A model generated the notes under the pieces. It was given only the letters and a program-made list of their open reading frames with translations. It ran no database searches and had not been told where the DNA came from. This document shows positions 42,301 through 53,889 of a stretch of DNA of 64,000 nt, piece by piece. Each line of letters begins with the position of its first letter. Within the stretch, counting starts at the first letter, position 1. Source of the DNA: Auanema rhodensis (taxonomy: Eukaryota; Animalia; Nematoda). The position numbers were made by a program, and so were the translations under genes. The stretch covers positions 20,398,001 to 20,462,000 of the forward strand of contig OZ059899.1 in the NCBI GenBank assembly GCA_964057225.1, in the 5' to 3' direction.

Positions 42301-45300
42301 ATCTACTTTTTTTGAAATTATTTTGAAATTTTCAGGGAAAATTTTTGTCAAAATGTTTTTGGAAGCAATGTTGAGTGTACATGGAAACTCAACATACACT
42401 AATGCATCATTTTTCAAACGATCATGACTAATTTTTGTATTGAGGGTTTCTCAATGTAGTATAGTGCATTCGATGCGGATTTTTAAGCTGCGTCGATCTG
42501 TGTTATCAGATTTGCGCTAGCTTAAAAATGCACCGAGATATCAACTGATATAAGTTCACACTTATATCCTCGATTTTCACCCTGAAAAATTGATTTTTTC
42601 GTTAAATAACACTGTCCATCGTCTTTGCCTTGAAAAAAGGAATCTAAAAACATCTACTTTTTGTGAAATTATTTTGAAATTTTTAGGGAAAATTTTGGTC
42701 AAAATGTTTTTGGAAGCAATGTTGAGTGTACATGGAAACTCAACATACACTAATGCATCATTTTTCAAACGATCATGACTAATTTCTGTATTGAGGGTTT
42801 CTCAATGTAGTATAGTGCATTCGATGCGGATTTTTAAGCTGCGTCGATCTGTGTTATCAGATTTGCGCTAGCTTAAAAATGCACCGAGATATCAACTGAT
42901 ATAAGTTTACACTTATATCCTCGATTTTCACCCTGGAGAATTAATTTTTTCGTTGAATAACATTGTCCATCGTCTTCGCCTTGAAAAAAGGAATCTAAAA
43001 ACATCTACTTTTTGTGAAATTATTTTGAAATTTTTAGGGAAAATTTTGGTCAAAATGTTTTTGGAAGCAATGTTGAGTGTACATGGAAACTCAACATACA
43101 CTAATGCATCATTTTTCAAACGATCATGACTAATTTTTGTATTGAGGGTTTTTCAATGTAGTATAGTGCATTCGATGCGGATTTTTAAGCTGCGTCGATC
43201 TGTGTTATCAGATTTGCGCTAGCTTAAAAATGCACCGAGATATCAACTGATATAAGTTCACACTTATATCCTCGATTTTCACCCTGAAAAATTGATTTTT
43301 TCGTTGAATAACATTGTCCATCGTCTTTGCCTTGAAAAAAGGAATCTAAAAACAACTACTTTTTGTGAAATTATTTCGAAATTTTTAGGGAAAATTTTTG
43401 TCAAAATGTTTTTGGAAGCAATGTTGAGTGTACATGGAAACTCAACATACACTAATGCATCATTTTTCAAACGATCATAACTAATTTTTGTATTAAGCGT
43501 TTCTCAATTTTGTATAGTGCATTCGATGCGGATTTTTAAGCTGCGTCGATCTATGTTATCGGATTTGCGCTATCTTAAAAATGCACCGAGATATCAACTG
43601 ATATAAGTTCACACTTATAATCTCGATTTTCACCCTGAAGAATTAATTTTTTTGTTGAATAACATTGTCCATCGTCTTCACCTTGAAAAAAGGAATCTAA
43701 AAACATCTACTTTTTGTAAAATTATTTTGAAATTTTTAGGGAAAATTTTTGTCAAAATGTTTTTGGAAGCAATGTTGAGTGTACATGGAAACTCAACATA
43801 CACTAATGCATCATTTTTCAAACGATCATAACTAATTTTTGTATCAAGCGTTTCTCAATGTAGTATAGTGCATTCGAATCGGATTTTTAAGCTGCGTCGA
43901 TCTGTGTTATCAGATTTGCGCTAGCTTAAAAAAGCACCGAGATATCAACTGATATAAGTTCACACTTATATCCTCGATTTTCACCCTGAAGAATTGATTT
44001 TTTTGTTGAATAACATTGTCCATCGTCTTCGCCTTGAAAAAAGGAATCTAAAAACATCTACTTTTCGTGAAATTATTTCGAAATTTTCAGGGAAAATTTT
44101 TGTCAAAATGTTTTTGGAAGCAATGTTGAGTGTACATGGAAACTCAACATACACTAATGCATCATTTTTCAAACGATCATAACTAATTTTTGTATTAAGC
44201 GTTTTTCAATGTAGTATAGTGCATTCGATGCGGATTTTTAAGCTGCGTCGATCTGTGTTATCAGATTTGCGCTAGCTTAAAAATGCACCGAGATATCAAC
44301 TGATATAAGTTTACACTTATATCCTCGATTTTCACCCTGAAGAATTAATTTTTTTGTTGAATAACATTGTCCATCGTCTTCGCCTTGAAAAAAGGAATCT
44401 AAAAACATCTACTTTTTTTGAAATTATTTTGAAATTTTCAGGGAAAATTTTTGTCAAAATGTTTTTGGAAGCAATGTTGAGTGTACATGGAAACTCAACA
44501 TACACTAATGCATCATTTTTCAAACGATCATGACTAATTTTTGTATTGAGGGTTTCTCAATGTAGTATAGTGCATTCGATGCGGATTTTTAAGCTGCGTC
44601 GATCTGTGTTATCAGATTTGCGCTAGCTTAAAAATGCACCGAGATATCAACTGATATAAGTTTACACTTATATCCTCGATTTTCACCCTGGAGAATTGAT
44701 TTTTTCGTTGAATAACATTGTCCATCGTCTTCGCCTTGAAAAAAGGAATCTAAAAACATCTACTTTTTGTGAAATTATTTTGAAATTTTTAGGGAAAATT
44801 TTGGTCAAAATGTTTTTGGAAGCAATGTTGAGTGTACATGGAAACTCAACATACACTAATGCATCATTTTTCAAACGATCATGACTAATTTTTGTATTGA
44901 GGGTTTCTCAATGTAGTATAGTGCATTCGATGCGGATTTTTAAGCTGCGTCGATCTGTGTTATCAGATTTGCGCTAGCTTAAAAATGCACCGAGATATCA
45001 ACTGATATAAGTTTACACTTATATCCTCGATTTTCACCCTGGAGAATTAATTTTTTCGTTGAATAACATTGTCCATCGTCTTCGCCTTGAAAAAAGGAAT
45101 CTAAAAACATCTACTTTTTGTGAAATTATTTTGAAATTTTTAGGGAAAATTTTGGTCAAAATGTTTTTGGAAGCAATGTTGAGTGTACATGGAAACTCAA
45201 CATACACTAATGCATCATTTTTCAAACGATCATAACTAATTTTTGTATTAAGCGTTTTTCAATGTAGTATAGTGCATTCGATGCGGATTTTTAAGCTGCG

Positions 45301-48300
45301 TCGATCTGTGTTATCAGATTTGCGCTAGCTTAAAAATGCACCGAGATATCAACTGATATAAGTTCACACTTATATCCTCGATTTTCACCCTGAAAAATTG
45401 ATTTTTTCGTTAAATAACACTGTCCATCGTCTTTGCCTTGAAAAAAGGAATCTAAAAACATCTACTTTTTGTGAAATTATTTCGAAATTTTCAGGGAAAA
45501 TTTTTGTCAAAATGTTTTTGGAAGCAATGTTGAGTGTACATGGAAACTCAACATACACTAATGCATCATTTTTCAAACGATCATAACTAATTTTTGTATT
45601 AAGCGTTTTTCAATGTAGTATAGTGCATTCGATGCGGATTTTTAAGCTGCGTCGATCTGTGTTATCAGATTTGCGCTAGCTTAAAAATGCACCGAGATAT
45701 CAACTGATATAAGTTTACACTTATATCCTCGATTTTCACCCTGAAGAATTAATTTTTTTGTTGAATAACATTGTCCATCGTCTTCGCCTTGAAAAAAGGA
45801 ATCTAAAAACATCTACTTTTTTTGAAATTATTTTGAAATTTTCAGGGAAAATTTTTGTCAAAATGTTTTTGGAAGCAATGTTGAGTGTACATGGAAACTC
45901 AACATACACTAATGCATCATTTTTCAAACGATCATGACTAATTTTTGTATTGAGGGTTTCTCAATGTAGTATAGTGCATTCGATGCGGATTTTTAAGCTG
46001 CGTCGATCTGTGTTATCAGATTTGCGCTAGCTTAAAAAAGCACCGAGATATCAACTGATATAAGTTCACACTTATATCCTCGATTTTCACCCTGGAGAAT
46101 TAATTTTTTCGTTGAATAACATTGTCCATCGTCTTCGCCTTGAAAAAAGGAATCTAAAAACATCTACTTTTTGTGAAATTATTTCGAAATTTTCAGGGAA
46201 AATTTTTGTCAAAATGTTTTTGGAAGCAATGTTGAGTGTACATGGAAACTCAACATACACTAATGCATCATTTTTCAAACGATCATAACTAATTTTTGTA
46301 TTAAGCGTTTTTCAATGTAGTATAGTGCATTCGATGCGGATTTTTAAGCTGCGTCGATCTGTGTTATCAGATTTGCGCTAGCTTAAAAATGCACCGAGAT
46401 ATCAACTGATATAAGTTTACACTTATATCCTCGATTTTCACCCTGAAGAATTAATTTTTTTGTTGAATAACATTGTCCATCGTCTTCGCCTTGAAAAAAG
46501 GAATCTAAAAACATCTACTTTTTTTGAAATTATTTTGAAATTTTCAGGGAAAATTTTTGTCAAAATGTTTTTGGAAGCAATGTTGAGTGTACATGGAAAC
46601 TCAACATACACTAATGCATCATTTTTCAAACGATCATGACTAATTTTTGTATTGAGGGTTTCTCAATGTAGTATAGTGCATTCGATGCGGATTTTTAAGC
46701 TGCGTCGATCTGTGTTATCAGATTTGCGCTAGCTTAAAAAAGCACCGAGATATCAACTGATATAAGTTCACACTTATATCCTCGATTTTCACCCTGGAGA
46801 ATTAATTTTTTCGTTGAATAACATTGTCCATCGTCTTCGCCTTGAAAAAAGGAATCTAAAAACATCTACTTTTTGTGAAATTATTTTGAAATTTTTAGGG
46901 AAAATTTTGGTCAAAATGTTTTTGGAAGCAATGTTGAGTGTACATGGAAACTCAACATACACTAATGCATCATTTTTCAAACGATCATAACTAATTTTTG
47001 TATTAAGCGTTTTTCAATGTAGTATAGTGCATTCGATGCGGATTTTTAAGCTGCGTCGATCTGTGTTATCAGATTTGCGCTAGCTTAAAAATGCACCGAG
47101 ATATCAACTGATATAAGTTTACACTTATATCCTCGATTTTCACCCTGAAGAATTAATTTTTTTGTTGAATAACATTGTCCATCGTCTTCGCCTTGAAAAA
47201 AGGAATCTAAAAACATCTACTTTTTTTGAAATTATTTTGAAATTTTCAGGGAAAATTTTTGTCAAAATGTTTTTGGAAGCAATGTTGAGTGTACATGGAA
47301 ACTCAACATACACTAATGCATCATTTTTCAAACGATCATGACTAATTTTTGTATTGAGGGTTTCTCAATGTAGTATAGTGCATTCGATGCGGATTTTTAA
47401 GCTGCGTCGATCTGTGTTATCAGATTTGCGCTAGCTTAAAAATGCACCGAGATATCAACTGATATAAGTTTACACTTATATCCTCGATTTTCACCCTGGA
47501 GAATTAATTTTTTCGTTGAATAACATTGTCCATCGTCTTCGCCTTGAAAAAAGGAATCTAAAAACATCTACTTTTTGTGAAATTATTTTGAAATTTTTAG
47601 GGAAAATTTTGGTCAAAATGTTTTTGGAAGCAATGTTGAGTGTACATGGAAACTCAACATACACTAATGCATCATTTTTCAAACGATCATAACTAATTCT
47701 TGTATTAAGCGTTTTTCAATGTAGTATAGTGCATTCGATGCGGATTTTTAAGCTGCGTCGATCTGTGTTATCAGATTTGCGCTAGCTTAAAAATGCACCG
47801 AGATATCAACTGATATAAGTTTACACTTATATCCTCGATTTTCACCCTGAAGAATTAATTTTTTTGTTGAATAACATTGTCCATCGTCTTCGCCTTGAAA
47901 AAAGGAATCTAAAAACATCTACTTTTTTTGAAATTATTTTGAAATTTTCAGGGAAAATTTTTGTCAAAATGTTTTTGGAAGCAATGTTGAGTGTACATGG
48001 AAACTCAACATACACTAATGCATCATTTTTCAAACGATCATGACTAATTTTTGTATTGAGGGTTTCTCAATGTAGTATAGTGCATTCGATGCGGATTTTT
48101 AAGCTGCGTCGATCTGTGTTATCAGATTTGCGCTAGCTTAAAAATGCACCGAGATATCAACTGATATAAGTTTACACTTATATCCTCGATTTTCACCCTG
48201 GAGAATTAATTTTTTCGTTGAATAACATTGTCCATCGTCTTCGCCTTGAAAAAAGGAATCTAAAAACATCTACTTTTTGTGAAATTATTTTGAAATTTTT

Positions 48301-48490
48301 AGGGAAAATTTTGGTCAAAATGTTTTTGGAAGCAATGTTGAGTGTACATGGAAACTCAACATACACTAATGCATCATTTTTCAAACGATCATGACTAATT
48401 TTTGTATTGAGGGTTTTTTAATGTAGTATAGTGCATTCGATGCGGATTTTTAAGCTGCGTCGATCTGTGTTATCAGATTTGCGCTAGTTA
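30390..48490. repeat. Central domain of array 1: length-invariant 351-bp monomers with a 14-monomer (4914-bp) register
   Basis: ORF starts 29239 to 48193 differ by exactly 54x351. Domain-enriched variants include TTTCGAAA, AAAAAGCACC, GATCATGAC, TTTTGGTC and GTTAAATAACACTG. Private variants recur at +4914 (32983/37897, 33762/38676). Confidence 0.88.
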
Positions 48491-51400
48491 AAAATGCACC
48501 GAGATATCAACTGATATAAGTTCACACTTATATCCTCGATTTTCACCCTGAAAAATTGATTTTTTCGTTGAATAACATTGTCCATCGTCTTTGCCTTGAA
48601 AAAAGGAATCTAAAAACAACTACTTTTTGTGAAATTATTTCGAAATTTTTAGGGAAAATTTTTGTCAAAATATTTTTGGAAGCAATGTTGAGTGTACATG
48701 GAAACTCAACATACACTAATGCATCATTTTTCAAACGATCATAACTAATTTTTGTATTAAGCGTTTCTCAATGTTGTATAGTGCATTCGAATCGGATTTT
48801 TAAGCTGCGTCGATCTGTGTTATCAGATTTGCGCTAGCTTAAAAATGCACCGAGATATCAACTGAAATAAGTTAACACATATATCCTCGATTTTCACCCT
48901 GAAGAATTAATTTTTTTGTTGAATAACATTGTCCATCGTCTTCGCCTTGAAAAAAGGAATCTAAAAACATCTACTTTTTGTGAAATTATTTTGAAATTTT
49001 TAGGGAAAATTTTTGTCAAAATGTTTTTGGAAGCAATGTTGAGTGTACATGGAAACTCAACATACACTAATACATCATTTTTTAAACGATCATAACTAAT
49101 TTTTGTATTGAGGGTTTCTCAATGTAGTATAGTGCATTCGATGCGGATTTTTAAGCTGCGTCGATCTGTGTTATCAGATTTGCGCTAGCTTAAAAAAGCA
49201 CCGAGATATCAACTGATATAAGTTCACACTTATATCCTCGATTTTCACCCTGAAAAATTGATTTTTTCGTTGAATAACATTGTCCATCGTCTTCGCCTTG
49301 AAAAAAGGAATCTAAAAACATCTACTTTTTGTGAAATTATTTTGAAATTTTTAGGGAAAATTTTTGTCAAAATGTTTTTGGAAGCAATGTTGAGTGTACA
49401 TGGAAACTCAACATACACTAATACATCATTTTTTAAACGATCATAACTAATTTTTGTATTGAGGGTTTCTCAATGTAGTATAGTGCATTCGATGCAGATT
49501 TTTAAGCTGCGTCGATCTGTGTTATCAGATTTGCGCTAGCTTAAAAAAGCACCGAGATATCAACTGATATAAGTTCACACTTATATCCTCGATTTTCACC
49601 CTGAAAAATTGATTTTTTCGTTGAATAACATTGTCCATCGTCTTCGCCTTGAAAAAAGGAATCTAAAAACATCTACTTTTTGTGAAATTATTTTGAAATT
49701 TTTAGGGAAAATTTTGGTCAAAATGTTTTTGGAAGCAATGTTGAGTGTACATGGAAACTCAACATACACTAATGCATCATTTTTCAAACGATCATAACTA
49801 ATTTTTGTATTAAGAGTTTCTCAATGTAGTATAGTGCATTCGATGCGGATTTTTAAGCTGCGTCGATCTGTGTTATCAGATTTGCGCTAGCTTAAAAATG
49901 CACCGAGATATCAACTGATATAAGTTTACACATATATCCTCGATTTTCACCCTGGAGAATTAATTTTTTCGTTGAATAACAATGTCCATCGTCTTCGCCT
50001 TAAAAAAAAAATCTAAAAACATCTACTTTTTGTGAAATTATTTTGAAATTTTTAGGGAAAATTTTGGTCAAAATGTTTTTGGAAGCAATGTTGAGTGTAC
50101 ATGGAAACTCAACATACACTAATGCATCATTTTTCAAACGATCATAACTAATTTTTGTATTGAGCGTTTCTCAATGTAGTATAGTGCATTCGATGCGGAT
50201 TTTTAAGCTGCGTCGATCTATGTTATCAGATTTGCGCTATCTTTAAAATGCACCGAGATATCAACTGTTATAAGTTCACACTTATATCCTCGATTTTCAC
50301 CCTGAAGAATTAATTTTTTTGTTGAATAACATTGTCCATCGTCTTCGCCTTGAAAAAAGGAATCTAAAAACATCTACTTTTTTTGAAATTATTTTGAAAT
50401 TTTCAGGGAAAATTTTTGTCAAAATGTTTTTGGAAGCAATGTTGAGTGTACATGGAAACTCAACATACACTAATGCATCATTTTTCAAACGATCATGACT
50501 AATTTTTGTATTGAGGGTTTCTCAATGTAGTATAGTGCATTCGATGCGGATTTTTAAGCTGCGTCGATCTGTGTTATCAGATTTGCGCTAGCTTAAAAAT
50601 GCACCGAGATATCAACTGATATAAGTTTACACATATATCCTCGATTTTCACCCTGGAGAATTAATTTTTTCGTTGAATAACAATGTCCATCGTCTTCGCC
50701 TTAAAAAAAAAATCTAAAAACATCTACTTTTTGTGAAATTATTTTGAAATTTTTAGGGAAAATTTTGGTCAAAATGTTTTTGGAAGCAATGTTGAGTGTA
50801 CATGGAAACTCAACATACACTAATGCATCATTTTTCAAACGATCATAACTAATTTTTGTATTGAGCGTTTCTCAATGTAGTATAGTGCATTCGATGCGGA
50901 TTTTTAAGCTGCGTCGATCTATGTTATCAGATTTGCGCTATCTTTAAAATGCACCGAGATATCAACTGTTATAAGTTCACACTTATATCCTCGATTTTCA
51001 CCCTGAAAAATTGATTTTTTCGTTGAATAACATTGTCCATCGTCTTCGCCTTGAAAAAAGGAATCTAAAAACATCTACTTTTTGTGAAATTATTTTGAAA
51101 TTTTTAGGGAAAATTTTGGTCAAAATGTTTTTGGAAGCAATGTTGAGTGTACATGGAAACTCAACATACACTAATGCATCATTTTTCAAACGATCATAAC
51201 TAATTTTTGTATTAAGAGTTTCTCAATGTAGTATAGTGCATTCGATGCGGATTTTTAAGCTGCGTCGATCTGTGTTATCAGATTTGCGCTAGCTTAAAAA
51301 TGCACCGAGATATCAACTGATATAAGTTTACACTTATATCCTCGATTTTCACCCTGGAGAATTAATTTTTTCGTTGAATAACAATATCCATCGTCTTCGC

Positions 51401-53889
51401 CTTAAAAAAAAAATCTAAAAACATCTACTTTTTGTGAAATTATTTTGAAATTTTTAGGGAAAATTTTGGTCAAAATGTTTTTGGAAGCAATGTTGAGTGT
51501 ACATGGAAACTCAACATACACTAATGCATCATTTTTCAAACGATCATAACTAATTTTTGTATTGAGCGTTTCTCAATGTAGTATAGTGCATTCGATGCGG
51601 ATTTTTAAGCTGCGTCGATCTATGTTATCAGATTTGCGCTATCTTTAAAATGCACCGAGATATCAACTGTTATAAGTTCACACTTATATCCTCGATTTTC
51701 ACCCTGAAAAATTGATTTTTTCGTTGAATAACATTGTCCATCGTCTTCGCCTTGAAAAAAGGAATCTAAAAACATCTACTTTTTGTGAAATTATTTTGAA
51801 ATTTTTAGGGAAAATTTTGGTCAAAATGTTTTTGGAAGCAATGTTGACTGTACATGGAAACTCAACATACACTAATGCATCATTTTTCAAACGATCATAA
51901 CTAATTTTTGTATTGAGCGTTTCTCAATGTAGTATAGTGCATTCGATGCGGATTTTTAAGCTGCGTCGATCTATGTTATCAGATTTGCGCTATCTTTAAA
52001 ATGCACCGAGATATCAACTGTTATAAGTTCACACTTATATCCTCGATTTTCACCCTGAAAAATTGATTTTTTCGTTGAATAACATTGTCCATCGTCTTCG
52101 CCTTGAAAAAAGGAATCTAAAAACATCTACTTTTTGTGAAATTATTTTGAAATTTTTAGGGAAAATTTTGGTCAAAATGTTTTTGGAAGCAATGTTGAGT
52201 GTACATGGAAACTCAACATACACTAATGCATCATTTTTCAAACGATCATAACTAATTTTTGTATTAAGAGTTTCTCAATGTAGTATAGTGCATTCGATGC
52301 GGATTTTTAAGCTGCGTCGATCTGTGTTATCAGATTTGCGCTAGCTTAAAAATGCACCGAGATATCAACTGATATAAGTTTACACTTATATCCTCGATTT
52401 TCACCCTGGAGAATTAATTTTTTCGTTGAATAACAATGTCCATCGTCTTCGCCTTAAAAAAAAAATCTAAAAACATCTACTTTTTGTGAAATTATTTTGA
52501 AATTTTTAGGGAAAATTTTGGTCAAAATGTTTTTGGAAGCAATGTTGAGTGTACATGGAAACTCAACATACACTAATGCATCATTTTTCAAACGATTATA
52601 ACTAATTTTTGTATTGAGCGTTTCTCAATGTAGTATAGTGCATTCGATGCGGATTTTTAAGCTGCGTCGATCTATGTTATCAGATTTGCGCTATCTTTAA
52701 AATGCACCGAGATATCAACTGTTATAAGTTCACACTTATATCCTCGATTTTCACCCTGAAAAATTGATTTTTTCGTTGAATAACATTGTCCATCGTCTTC
52801 GCCTTGAAAAAAGGAATCTAAAAACATCTACTTTTTGTGAAATTATTTTGAAATTTTTAGGGAAAATTTTGGTCAAAATGTTTTTGGAAGCAATGTTGAC
52901 TGTACATGGAAACTCAACATACACTAATGCATCATTTTTCAAACGATCATAACTAATTTTTGTATTGAGCGTTTCTCAATGTAGTATAGTGCATTCGATG
53001 CGGATTTTTAAGCTGCGTCGATCTATGTTATCAGATTTGCGCTATCTTTAAAATGCACCGAGATATCAACTGTTATAAGTTCACACTTATATCCTCGATT
53101 TTCACCCTGAAAAATTGATTTTTTCGTTGAATAACATTGTCCATCGTCTTCGCCTTGAAAAAAGGAATCTAAAAACATCTACTTTTTGTGAAATTATTTT
53201 GAAATTTTTAGGGAAAATTTTGGTCAAAATGTTTTTGGAAGCAATGTTGAGTGTACATGGAAACTCAACATACACTAATGCATCATTTTTCAAACGATCA
53301 TAACTAATTTTTGTATTAAGAGTTTCTCAATGTAGTATAGTGCATTCGATGCGGATTTTTAAGCTGCGTCGATCTGTGTTATCAGATTTGCGCTAGCTTA
53401 AAAATGCACCGAGATATCAACTGATATAAGTTTACACTTATATCCTCGATTTTCACCCTGGAGAATTAATTTTTTCGTTGAATAACAATGTCCATCGTCT
53501 TCGCCTTAAAAAAAAAATCTAAAAACATCTACTTTTTGTGAAATTATTTTGAAATTTTTAGGGAAAATTTTGGTCAAAATGTTTTTGGAAGCAATGTTGA
53601 GTGTACATGGAAACTCAACATACACTAATGCATCATTTTTCAAACGATCATAACTAATTTTTGTATTAAGAGTTTCTCAATGTAGTATAGTGCATTCGAT
53701 GCGGATTTTTAAGCTGCGTCGATCTGTGTTATCAGATTTGCGCTAGCTTAAAAATGCACCGAGATATCAACTGATATAAGTTTACACTTATATCCTCGAT
53801 TTTCACCCTGGAGAATTAATTTTTTCGTTGAATAACAATGTCCATCGTCTTCGCCTTAAAAAAAAAATCTAAAAACATCTACTTTTTGT

